Positions 28,478-37,277 of a DNA stretch of 54,480 nt are shown piece by piece. The notes under the pieces were generated by a model that searched no databases, had not been told where the DNA came from, and saw only the letters and a program-made list of their open reading frames with translations. The first letter of the stretch is position 1, and each line of letters starts with the position of its first letter. The stretch covers positions 1 to 54,480 of the forward strand of contig CAZHZH010000002.1 of the NCBI GenBank assembly GCA_964537205.1, written 5' to 3'. A program made the translations under genes and the position numbers. This DNA is from an uncultured Bacteroidaceae bacterium (GTDB lineage Bacteria > Bacteroidota > Bacteroidia > Bacteroidales > Bacteroidaceae).

Positions 28478-29893
28478 ATGGGCAGAAACAAGAATCTTCC
28501 AATATTAGAGAACGTGGAGATAACGGCGATAGCCGCCGAAGGCAAGGCGTTGGCGCGAGTGGACGACAAGGTGGTGTTCGTTCCTTACGTAGTGCCTGGC
28601 GATGTCGTTGATTTGCAAGTTAAAAGAAAAAAACATAGTTTCATGGAGGCTGTCGCCATACGTTTCCATGAATATTCGAAAGACAGAGTGTCGCCTGTTT
28701 GTGAGCATTACGGAGTGTGCGGAGGATGCAAATGGCAATGCTTAAGGTACGATGAGCAATTAAGATGGAAGCAGCGACAAGTGGTCGACAATCTGACTCG
28801 TATAGGTAAAATCGAGCTGCCTGAGGTGTCGCCAATCCTCGGAAGTAAAAAGACTGAGGCTTATCGCAACAAGCTTGAGTTCGGCTTTTCCAATCGTCGG
28901 TGGATGACTGAAAAAGAAATTCAAACCGATGAGGTCGTAACCGAACGCAACGCCCTCGGTTTCCATATCACAGGGGCTTTCGACAAGATCCTGGATATTA
29001 ATAGGTGTTGGCTCATGGCTGATATAGTGAATGACATCCGTAACTCTATTCGTGATTACGCAATCAAAAACTCACTTAGTTTCTACGATCTTAGGCTTAA
29101 TCAAGGATTGTTGCGCAACCTTATGTTCAGGGACAGCAACACAGGAGAGCTGATGTTGCTTATTCAATTCCGCATAGAGAACGATGCGGAGAAGGAACAG
29201 GCCTATCGCTTGATGGAATTTGTATCGGAGCGATTCCCGCAGGTTACTTCCCTGCTTTATGTTGACAACCATAAATGCAACGACACCTTTGGAGACCAAG
29301 AGGTGGTTTGCTTTAAGGGAACGGATTTCATCTATGAGGAGATGGAGGGCTTGAAGTTCAAGGTCGGTCCCAAGAGCTTTTACCAGACAAATACCGATCA
29401 GGCGTACAATCTTTACAAAGTAGTACGTGATTTTGCGGCTCTTTCAGGCAATGAGTTGGTTTATGACCTTTACACCGGAACTGGAACTATTGCAAACTTT
29501 GTTAGTGGAAAGGCTCGTAAGGTGATAGGCATAGAGTACGTGCCAGAGGCTATTGAGGATGCCAAGACTAACTCGTCAATCAATAATATCTCCAATACGT
29601 TGTTCTTCGCAGGCGACATGAAGGACATCCTTACTGCTGATTTCATAAAACAGCATGGAGAGCCTGATGTAATCATCACCGACCCTCCACGCGCTGGTAT
29701 GCATTCTGATGTAATAAGCACTATCCTGCTTGCCGCTCCAAAGCGTGTTGTCTATGTGAGTTGTAATCCTGCGACACAAGCTCGTGATTTGCAAATCTTG
29801 GATTCTAAGTACAAAGTTGTGAAGGTGCAGCCTGTCGACATGTTCCCCCACACGCAGCATGTGGAGAATGTGGTCTTATTGGAGTGCAGGTAG
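28478..29893 (+). CDS. rlmD: 23S rRNA (uracil-C5)-methyltransferase RlmD/RumA family (TRAM + Fe-S + SAM-MTase)
   Basis: 471 aa. N-terminal TRAM-like segment, cysteine cluster CEHYGVCGGCKWQ, and MTase motifs DLYTGTGTI, DPPRAG and VYVSCNP. Confidence 0.85.
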   Translation: MGRNKNLPILENVEITAIAAEGKALARVDDKVVFVPYVVPGDVVDLQVKRKKHSFMEAVAIRFHEYSKDRVSPVCEHYGVCGGCKWQCLRYDEQLRWKQRQVVDNLTRIGKIELPEVSPILGSKKTEAYRNKLEFGFSNRRWMTEKEIQTDEVVTERNALGFHITGAFDKILDINRCWLMADIVNDIRNSIRDYAIKNSLSFYDLRLNQGLLRNLMFRDSNTGELMLLIQFRIENDAEKEQAYRLMEFVSERFPQVTSLLYVDNHKCNDTFGDQEVVCFKGTDFIYEEMEGLKFKVGPKSFYQTNTDQAYNLYKVVRDFAALSGNELVYDLYTGTGTIANFVSGKARKVIGIEYVPEAIEDAKTNSSINNISNTLFFAGDMKDILTADFIKQHGEPDVIITDPPRAGMHSDVISTILLAAPKRVVYVSCNPATQARDLQILDSKYKVVKVQPVDMFPHTQHVENVVLLECR

Positions 29894-30736
29894 GTCGCTC
29901 TTGATAATGCAATTCGCCGGCGCTTTGATATTGGAGTCAAGTATCAGCTCTCCGATCTTGCCACGCACTTCGATGCTTCCACTCGTAGGATTCTTCACGC
30001 TTAATATGTCTCCGTTGATGGTGGCGTGGATAGTACTGTATTCGAAAGCGAGATTTGATTCCGGATCGAACGTGCAATCTTCCAACACGAGGTTCTCACA
30101 ATAGCATAGCGGTTGCTCTCCACTGATGTGGCAGCGTACCAAACGCAGGTTCTTGCTGTACCATCCGAGGTATTCGCCGTTTATCTCACTGTCGTAGATG
30201 GCAACGTTTTCACATTCCCAAAAGGAGTCCTTTGAATTGAGTACGGCGTGATGTATTTCTACGTTCTTGCTGTATTGAAACGAATAGTTCCCGTCTTGGT
30301 GGTAATTGTTGATGTAAACGTTGTCTGTATGCATGGCGAAGTAGTCCGCGTTAGCTATTGTGCAGTTTTCTATGCGTACGTTGTCACAGTCCCACAGCGT
30401 TTCCTCTGCGTTTGGAAACTGGCAGTTCTTCAAACTGATGCCGTGCATCCGCCTGAACATTTTAGGTGCCTCAACATTGCAGCCTTCCATTTCCAAGTTA
30501 CTGCTGTACCACAGAGACGAGCGTGATGTCTCCTTGAACAGGCAGTTCTTCACTTTGAAGCCCCGACATTCCCAAAGGACATATTTACCCTCAAACTGGC
30601 AGTTCTCAGCTTCTATATTGTAAGTCTCTTTGATTGCTGATTCTCCTAAATGTATCGTAACATTGTCCAAACGCAAATCGTGCTCGCGGTACAAGGGTCT
30701 TTCTCCGCCGAATTCTTGATTCTTAATCTCTTTCAT
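29876..30736 (-). CDS. DUF3737-like beta-helix repeat protein, unknown function
   Basis: 286 aa with repeated units of about 22 aa: NC.F/..C.V (ENCQFEGKY, KNCLFKET, EGCNVEAP, KNCQFPNA, ENCTIANA, ...). The family name is from recollection. The 3' end overlaps the rlmD 3' end by 18 nt (convergent). Confidence 0.55.
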   Translation of the reverse strand: MKEIKNQEFGGERPLYREHDLRLDNVTIHLGESAIKETYNIEAENCQFEGKYVLWECRGFKVKNCLFKETSRSSLWYSSNLEMEGCNVEAPKMFRRMHGISLKNCQFPNAEETLWDCDNVRIENCTIANADYFAMHTDNVYINNYHQDGNYSFQYSKNVEIHHAVLNSKDSFWECENVAIYDSEINGEYLGWYSKNLRLVRCHISGEQPLCYCENLVLEDCTFDPESNLAFEYSTIHATINGDILSVKNPTSGSIEVRGKIGELILDSNIKAPANCIIKSDLPALQ

Positions 30737-30783
30737 GTTGTGTTTCGGTTATTCCTGTTGTTTATTATTGTATTAAAGCGCTG

Positions 30784-30791
30784 CAAAGTTA
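30784..30791 (-). promoter_or_regulatory. -7 promoter box (TAACTTTG on minus strand)
   Basis: TAnnTTTG match 48 nt upstream of the ATG at 30736. Confidence 0.45.
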
Positions 30792-30913
30792 CAAAAACTT
30801 TTGCGCACGGGCATCATGATTCTGTTTGGGGTTGCGCACCCCTTTGGCACAGTTAGTTATTATTAACAAACAACATGCTGTTATTATGCGTCTTATGAAT
30901 GTTGCAGACTCGG

Positions 30914-33900
30914 CTATTGTTGTGGCTTTGGCTTGTCTATGTCCTCAAGTATGGACAGGGCGTGTACCACTGAGTGTACGTCTTTTACAAGCAGAGAGCG
31001 TTTGTTGTCCGACTCACGCAACTTTGTAGTACTTGGATGCCACGACGCATAGTTGATTATCTTTTCAAACTGGTCGCTGTCATAATACTTGCTGCTGAAG
31101 CTGCTCACAAGGTAAAGGAACATGTTGCCTCCACGTAATGTGATCTTCTCAATGCCTAAGGAGGTGGCAAGCCATTTCAATGGCATGATTCTTATAAGTT
31201 CCTCCGCCTCCTCTGGTATCGCCCCGAAACGGTCTACCAATCGTGACTTGTATGCGTCGAGTTGTTGTTGAGTGGTCAGAGAATCCAATTCCCTGTAAAG
31301 TGACATCCTTTCACCACTACTTGGAACAAATGATTCTGGGAAATGAGCTACTAAGTCAGACTCCACAATCGTTTCCTTCACAAAGGTTGATGGGATCGCA
31401 ATCTGGTCTTTCCCGTCTTCTTTGTCCGCGTTGTCCTGTATCATCTCCTCCTTCAGTTCGTCCATGGCCTCCGCCAATACTTTCTGATAAGTCTCGTATC
31501 CAAGATCGGCGATGAAGCCGCTTTGTTCTGCGCCAAGCAGGTTTCCCGCGCCGCGTATGTCGAGGTCTTGTAAAGCGATCTGGATGCCCGCACCCAAGTC
31601 TGAGAAGTTCTCAAGTGCTTGTAACCTGCGACGGGCCTCATCGTTTAACGAAGCCAATGGGGGAGCGAGCAGGTAGCAGAACGCCTTGCGGTTGCTTCTA
31701 CCCACGCGTCCGCGCATTTGGTGAAGGTCGCTCAACCCGTAGTTCTGAGCTGAGTTGATGATTATGGTATTCGCATTGGGAATGTCTATTCCGTTCTCAA
31801 CAATAGTGGTGGAAAGCATTACATCATAATCGTAATTCATGAAGTCGAATATGATTTTTTCCAATTCCTGTGGTGACATCCTGCCATGTCCGATACAGAC
31901 TCTCGCATCAGGGACGTACTGGTTTATAAGCCCTTTTAGCTCTTCGAGGTTGCTGATCTTGTTATTGACGAAGAATATCTGCCCGTTGCGGCTCATCTCG
32001 AAGTTGATGGCGTCGGCTATGATCTCTGGCGAGAAAGTATGTATTTCCGTCTGTATTGGATAGCGGTTGGGTGGCGGTGTCTGTATGATGCTCAAGTCTC
32101 TTGCGCCCATCAGGGAGAATTGCAGTGTGCGTGGAATAGGTGTCGCGGTCATTGTCAGAGTATCGACATTGACTTTCATCTGCCTTAGCTTTTCTTTCAC
32201 GGCGACTCCGAATTTCTGCTCCTCATCCACGATCAGCAGTCCCAGGTCTTTGAACTTGACGTCTTTTCCTATGAGCTTGTGAGTTCCTATAATGATGTCA
32301 ATCTTCCCCTCCTTCAGCTTCTCCAATATCTCTTTTGTCGCCTTTGGTTCACGCGCCCGTGTGAGATAGTCTATGGTGACGGGAAATTCTTTCAGCCGTT
32401 CTGTGAATGTCTTATAATGTTGATAAGCCAGGACTGTTGTAGGCACAAGCACGGCTACTTGTTTGCCGTCGGTAGCGGCTTTGAATGCCGCGCGGATAGC
32501 TACTTCCGTCTTTCCGAATCCAACATCACCGCATATAAGCCTGTCCATTGGCTGACGCTTTTCCATGTCGGTTTTGACATCCTGTGTCGCTTTCAGCTGG
32601 TCGGGTGTGTCTTCATACACAAAGCTTGCTTCGAGTTCGTGTTGCATGTAGCTGTCGGGACTGAATGCGAATCCCTCTTCATGCTGGCGTTGGGAGTAAA
32701 GCTTTATGAGGTCGCGCGCTATATCCTTGACTTTTGTCTTCACTCGGTCTTTCATGCGCTCCCATGCCCCTGTACCTATTCTGCTGAGGTGCGGCGGTTC
32801 GCCTTCTTTGCCTTTGTACTTCGACACTTTGTTGAGTGAATGTATGGAAACATACACGATGTCGTCGTTTTGGTAGATGATTTTTATCATCTCCTGCATT
32901 TGTCCGTTCGTCGGCACACGCACCAATCCCCCGAACTTACCAATGCCGTGGTCTATATGAACAACATAGTCGCCGATTTCAAATTGTTGTATTTCTTTGA
33001 GGGTGAGAGCCACTTTTCCCCTTCTTGCCTTATCGCTTTTGAGATTGTATTTATGGTAGCGGTCAAAAATCTGGTGGTCGGTAAACAGACACAGTTTCAG
33101 TGTGTTGTCGATGAATCCTTCGTGGATCGCTTTATTAACCGGACTGAACGTTACGAGCATTTCTCCCTTGCGGTTGACATCGAATATGTTCTCCAAGCGT
33201 TGTATTTGCTTTTCGTTGTCTGCAAAGATGATGATCTTGTAACCGTCACTCATCAAACGTTCAAACTCGGAAGTGACTAATTCGAAATTCTTGTGGTATA
33301 ATGGCTGTGGCGCGGTGTCAAAGGAAATGTGAATAAGGTTGCTTTCCGACGATGCGCCGCTGGTGTTTTTTCCCTGCGAAAGGAAAATCTTCCGCATACT
33401 TGTGGTGTCCTGCTCAAATTCCTTCCCAGATGCGATTTGTTCTATGCTTACATTTTCTGTTAACCCTTCTTCGGTTTCTATCAGAGCCTGTCTGCTGAAG
33501 CCGCTTTCTTTGATTATGTCAATTTTATCGACTATGTATTTGGTGTCATGAGTGACTATTATTGTGTCATGAGGCAGGAATGATGTGAAAGTGATATAGT
33601 CATTGCCGCCTCCATGCATTTCCGGTACGATGGAGATTGCGTCCATTATGTTGTCGGACAGTTGGCTCTGTATGTCGAATGTGCGTATGCTGTCAACCTC
33701 GTCGCCAAAGAAATCTATTCGGTAGGGATTCTCACTGCTGTATGAATAGATATCTACTATGCCGCCGCGAATGGCAAATTGCCCCGGCTCGTAAACATAG
33801 TCTGTACGGTTGAAGCCAAGCTCAAACAGGCGCGTCTCCAGGTTGCTGATGTCTATTGTGTCCCCTTTTGATATATTGATTGTGATGTTGGACAGCTCGT

Positions 33901-34327
33901 TTTTTGAGATGACCTTTTCCGCCAGCGCGTTTGGATATGTGACGATCATCGGGTTGCCTTTCCGTTCTGCCGCACTTATAGTGGTAAGCACGTTGGTGCG
34001 AAGTATCTCGTTGGCGTCGTCTTTTTGATTGTATTTGATAGCCCTGCGGTAGGATGAGGGAAAAAATAAAACGGTTCGGTCGCCCAGCATCTGTGTGAGG
34101 TCGTGATAGAAGTATCCCGCTTCTTCTTCATCACTCATGACAAACAGGAAGGGCGGCGGTTCCTGACCGGCTTTATAATTGATGGTGAGGGTGGCGAACA
34201 ACAAAGGAGCGGATGATCCAGCGAGACCATCCACTGTAATGTTTGACTTCCTTTTTTTAAGAGATTCTGCTAATCGCCTGGCATTTTGATTTGATGCGAG
34301 CAACCGCAATATTTGTGATGTTTCCAA
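30914..34327 (-). CDS. mfd: Transcription-repair coupling factor Mfd
   Basis: 1137 aa. Has a UvrB-homology N-region, a CarD/RNAP-interaction region and a superfamily-2 translocase (ICGDVGFGKTEVA, LLIVDEEQKFG, TATPIPRT, QMRGRVGRS). The only in-frame start is the TTG at 34327, so the start codon is uncertain. Confidence 0.85.
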   Translation of the reverse strand: METSQILRLLASNQNARRLAESLKKRKSNITVDGLAGSSAPLLFATLTINYKAGQEPPPFLFVMSDEEEAGYFYHDLTQMLGDRTVLFFPSSYRRAIKYNQKDDANEILRTNVLTTISAAERKGNPMIVTYPNALAEKVISKNELSNITINISKGDTIDISNLETRLFELGFNRTDYVYEPGQFAIRGGIVDIYSYSSENPYRIDFFGDEVDSIRTFDIQSQLSDNIMDAISIVPEMHGGGNDYITFTSFLPHDTIIVTHDTKYIVDKIDIIKESGFSRQALIETEEGLTENVSIEQIASGKEFEQDTTSMRKIFLSQGKNTSGASSESNLIHISFDTAPQPLYHKNFELVTSEFERLMSDGYKIIIFADNEKQIQRLENIFDVNRKGEMLVTFSPVNKAIHEGFIDNTLKLCLFTDHQIFDRYHKYNLKSDKARRGKVALTLKEIQQFEIGDYVVHIDHGIGKFGGLVRVPTNGQMQEMIKIIYQNDDIVYVSIHSLNKVSKYKGKEGEPPHLSRIGTGAWERMKDRVKTKVKDIARDLIKLYSQRQHEEGFAFSPDSYMQHELEASFVYEDTPDQLKATQDVKTDMEKRQPMDRLICGDVGFGKTEVAIRAAFKAATDGKQVAVLVPTTVLAYQHYKTFTERLKEFPVTIDYLTRAREPKATKEILEKLKEGKIDIIIGTHKLIGKDVKFKDLGLLIVDEEQKFGVAVKEKLRQMKVNVDTLTMTATPIPRTLQFSLMGARDLSIIQTPPPNRYPIQTEIHTFSPEIIADAINFEMSRNGQIFFVNNKISNLEELKGLINQYVPDARVCIGHGRMSPQELEKIIFDFMNYDYDVMLSTTIVENGIDIPNANTIIINSAQNYGLSDLHQMRGRVGRSNRKAFCYLLAPPLASLNDEARRRLQALENFSDLGAGIQIALQDLDIRGAGNLLGAEQSGFIADLGYETYQKVLAEAMDELKEEMIQDNADKEDGKDQIAIPSTFVKETIVESDLVAHFPESFVPSSGERMSLYRELDSLTTQQQLDAYKSRLVDRFGAIPEEAEELIRIMPLKWLATSLGIEKITLRGGNMFLYLVSSFSSKYYDSDQFEKIINYASWHPSTTKLRESDNKRSLLVKDVHSVVHALSILEDIDKPKPQQ

Positions 34328-34366
34328 CTGCTGTAATCTTTGTCCTTATTTTATGCTTTGCTGTTA

Positions 34367-34383
34367 TACACCTTATTATATAA
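34367..34383 (-). repeat. Copy 2 of recurring motif TATATAATAAGGTG (reads TTATATAATAAGGTGTA on minus strand), embedded in a 31-nt near-palindrome
   Basis: TACACCTT(34367-34374)...AAGGTGTA(34390-34397). It lies 39 nt upstream of the mfd start. Confidence 0.6.
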
Positions 34384-34410
34384 TATATAAAGGTGTAGTT
34401 GATCTTGTCA

Positions 34411-34566
34411 TCACGCTTCGTGCCGGTATGTATGTGCGAACAGGCGGATCACATTAAGTGTTTCTTCGCTTGCATGCAATTGGGGCATATCGCGCAAATC
34501 ATCGAACGATGTGATTGAGTTGAGTTGAAAACTTTCGTTTGTTGAATCTGAAGTAGAATCACGCAT
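34411..34566 (-). CDS. Candidate 51-aa acidic small protein (below the ORF-track size cut-off)
   Basis: ATG at 34566 and TGA at 34411-34413. Translation: MRDSTSDSTNESFQLNSITSFDDLRDMPQLHASEETLNVIRLFAHTYRHEA. It is on the same strand as its neighbours, in an otherwise empty 354-bp gap. I saw no promoter box. Confidence 0.25.
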   Translation of the reverse strand: MRDSTSDSTNESFQLNSITSFDDLRDMPQLHASEETLNVIRLFAHTYRHEA

Positions 34567-34681
34567 AGGCACATTGTTTATTTATAACATTGATTTGTTT
34601 AAGTCTTTATTGATAAAACGCATGACGTGAAGATTTATTTTGTTGTTTTCAACTTTTATTAGGCATCGGTCACAAACGGCA

Positions 34682-35884
34682 TTAGTAGCTGATGGCGACT
34701 TCAACAGGGTGGTCCAACATTTCCTTCCACTGCTTCAAGTAGTCGAACCAGGCGTTTGCGTCGTGGTAGCCGTCTTTCTCCTTGTCTGCGCAGAATGTCA
34801 CATAATAGTCAATACATCGTTGCGTCTCCGCATTAAGGATGAACAGGTAGTTGAGGTCCGACTCTGTAGTGTCGTGTATGCATTTCACAGGAACATAGAC
34901 AGCCAGTCCGACGGTCTCCTGTGGGTATAATTCTTTGTTTCCCATTTCTGGATAGTCTCTTCCCCATGATGCCGCCATGCCGTCGTTATGAACAAAACCA
35001 ATGGGTGCGGATCCTACTTTTTGCACTCCGGTCGTGAACGTTTCCTGTTTAAGCGGCTTGTCGAATGTGACGTGTACCTCGCATTCTCGGTGACCCGCAT
35101 AGATCACATAATATTGTCGCATGTTTAGGCCGTTCCACCCGATTGCCTTCACTTCGCTTACCGTACGGAGTGGCCCGTTTGCAATGAGGCGTTGTCCGCG
35201 GGTGACGACCGGTTCTATGTTTGCAGGCCCTGCTCCGTCCCAACCCTTAAATGATCCGCATCCGATGCTGTTGCCCGCCCATAACACGTCGTTGCCATAG
35301 TCTTCTTGCATTTGGTCAGCGGTTGAGTAAAAGTGTGTGTCTGCGATTTCAAGCCGCTTTAGCTTTTTCCCGTAGATGTCTATGTTTTGCCGTTGGTCGA
35401 AATATACCCGATAGGCTGTCAACTCACTCTCAAACGCCACGCCGTGGTGGTATAAGTCGTTATAAAGGTAGCTTTGCCCTGGAGCTTCGATTGATGTGAT
35501 AAATGGGTGCTTCCCCTTTTTGTCGTCGAGTTGCATCTCTGCGTATACGCGCGGGGTGAAGTGCTCGTCTGATGCCTCCGCTTTCAACTTTACGTTATAC
35601 GTCTGCTGTTCTTGTTTGCCAATGTCGACAAGAAAGACGAGTTCGTCTGCCTTGCCGTCGCCGTCTATGTCATCAAGTTGATAGGGTATCTTCATGAAGT
35701 TATGGCTTACGTCTGCTGAGGCGACATCAAAAGAAAGTCCTTTTACGTCACTCAACTTTATGACTACCGGCTCATCGGTTTTCGCTTTGTCCCAATTGTT
35801 CTTTACTGATAAAGCGAATTGTAGCGACTGGGCGTTTATGCTTGTCGCTACAATCATTAGTATGACGGCTGTGATGTGTCGCAT
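34682..35884 (-). CDS. Secreted/periplasmic protein of unknown function (possibly DUF4861-like)
   Basis: 400 aa. Signal peptide: MRHITAVILMIVATSINAQS. No recognisable catalytic motif. It starts 1 nt after the flotillin stop. The family name is a tentative recollection. Confidence 0.55.
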   Translation of the reverse strand: MRHITAVILMIVATSINAQSLQFALSVKNNWDKAKTDEPVVIKLSDVKGLSFDVASADVSHNFMKIPYQLDDIDGDGKADELVFLVDIGKQEQQTYNVKLKAEASDEHFTPRVYAEMQLDDKKGKHPFITSIEAPGQSYLYNDLYHHGVAFESELTAYRVYFDQRQNIDIYGKKLKRLEIADTHFYSTADQMQEDYGNDVLWAGNSIGCGSFKGWDGAGPANIEPVVTRGQRLIANGPLRTVSEVKAIGWNGLNMRQYYVIYAGHRECEVHVTFDKPLKQETFTTGVQKVGSAPIGFVHNDGMAASWGRDYPEMGNKELYPQETVGLAVYVPVKCIHDTTESDLNYLFILNAETQRCIDYYVTFCADKEKDGYHDANAWFDYLKQWKEMLDHPVEVAISY

Positions 35885-35885
35885 G

Positions 35886-37271
35886 TTATTCCTTTGTCTC
35901 TTCGCCTTCCTTTTCTGCAGGCTTTTCTGTTATCTCTTCTTTTTTCTTCGCAAGATAATCGGGCAGGTTGAGACCCGCCTGGTCGAAAAGTTCATTAAGA
36001 GGAGGAATGCTCTTCATTAGTCCTGAAAGGAAGTTGGCCGTGCTTCCCTTTCCGTCGGCGTTGTTGCCGCTGTCCCAAACGGTGACGTGGTCAATGTTGA
36101 TTCCCTTTATGGCTTCGACTTGGGTCTTTACGAGTTCAGGCAGCTTTTCAATTATCATAAGTTGGTATGCTTTGTTTGGATCGCCTCCTGCAGCCCTTAC
36201 CATCTGTTCGTAACCTGCGGCTTGCTTTGTGAGCACTTCGTAGTAACCCTTCGCCTCGGCTTCCATTTTCGCGAATATGGCGTCTGCCTCTCCTTTTGCG
36301 TTGACACGGGCTTTTTCAGCGTCGGCTTCCGCTTGGATGATGAGCCTTCTCTTTTCTATTTCCTGAGCCACGAGCACGTTGGCTGTTTGTGTCGAGCGTT
36401 CACGCTCAGCACGTGCCTCTTCCGCCTCCTTTTCTGCCGCGTATGCTTCTTGCAATGCGCGTGCGTTGGCCACTTTCTCTGCCGCGCTTGCCTTGCGTTG
36501 AGCCTCTGCCTCCGCCTGTCGACGTGCGGAATCAGAGTTGGCAATCTCTACTTTCGCATTGTTCTCTCCTTGTACCGCGTCGGCGTTCGCACCGCTTGTA
36601 CGTATACGTGTCTCCTTCTGGGCTTCGGCTTTGCCGATTTCTCCAAGTTTGTCTTGCTCGGCGACTCTCACCTTTGCTTCGTTGATCGCCTTTGCCGCCG
36701 CTTCGCGTCCGAGTGCCTCAATGTAGCCCGACTCGTCTTTGATGTCCGTCACGTTTACGTTGATCAGCCGCAGGCCTATTTTCTTTAATTCTACCTCGAC
36801 ATTCGCGCTGATCGCTTCCAAAAACTTGTCACGGTCGTTGTTTAGTTCCTCTATGCTCATTGTGGCTATGACCAAACGCAGTTGTCCGAACAGAATGTCA
36901 CGCGCCAGTTCTTGTATCTGGCCTGGCGTAAGACCGAGCAGACGTTCGGCAGCCGCCGTCATGTATTCGGGATCCGTAGAGATACCTACGGTGAAACGGC
37001 TTGGCACGTCGACACGGATGTTCTGACGGCTTAAGGCGTTTGTCAGGTTTGCGTCAATACTTATAGGGGTAAGGCTCAAGTAGGCGTAGTCTTGAATGAT
37101 AGGCCATACGAACGTACCACCTCCGTGTATGCACTTGGCGGAGCCTCTGTTTCCTGTAGTTCCATAAACTACAAGAATCTTGTCGGAAGGGCAGCGTCTG
37201 TATCGGTTGATTATTGATACGAATAATACTACGGCAACAATGATTGCCACAAAAATCAGATAAATTTCCAT
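35886..37271 (-). CDS. Flotillin / SPFH (band 7) family protein (YqiK-like)
   Basis: 461 aa. N-terminal TM helix (IYLIFVAIIVAVVLFVSII), an SPFH domain, and a long Ala/Glu-rich coiled coil (AEAEAQRKASAAEKVANARALQEAYAAEKEAEEARAERE). Confidence 0.85.
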   Translation of the reverse strand: MEIYLIFVAIIVAVVLFVSIINRYRRCPSDKILVVYGTTGNRGSAKCIHGGGTFVWPIIQDYAYLSLTPISIDANLTNALSRQNIRVDVPSRFTVGISTDPEYMTAAAERLLGLTPGQIQELARDILFGQLRLVIATMSIEELNNDRDKFLEAISANVEVELKKIGLRLINVNVTDIKDESGYIEALGREAAAKAINEAKVRVAEQDKLGEIGKAEAQKETRIRTSGANADAVQGENNAKVEIANSDSARRQAEAEAQRKASAAEKVANARALQEAYAAEKEAEEARAERERSTQTANVLVAQEIEKRRLIIQAEADAEKARVNAKGEADAIFAKMEAEAKGYYEVLTKQAAGYEQMVRAAGGDPNKAYQLMIIEKLPELVKTQVEAIKGINIDHVTVWDSGNNADGKGSTANFLSGLMKSIPPLNELFDQAGLNLPDYLAKKKEEITEKPAEKEGEETKE

Positions 37272-37277
37272 ATACTA

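Noticed and set aside
30830-30860. GGGGT-TGCGC-ACCCC hairpin and duplicated TTGCGCAC words downstream of mfd as a terminator.
   Set aside because: The stem is only 5 bp, and on the mfd (minus) strand no U-tract follows it. The evidence is too weak to call.
32279-33280. 186-aa and 146-aa plus-strand ORFs opposite mfd.
   Set aside because: They are antisense to Mfd helicase motifs and have no independent support.
36087-36788. 233-aa plus-strand ORF (with 36389..36685, 36538..36726 and 36739..37026) opposite the flotillin gene.
   Set aside because: These ORFs are antisense to a confidently identified flotillin. Their Cys/Leu/Phe/Arg-rich, low-complexity translations are the mirror image of the Ala/Glu-rich coiled-coil codons. 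They have no promoter box.
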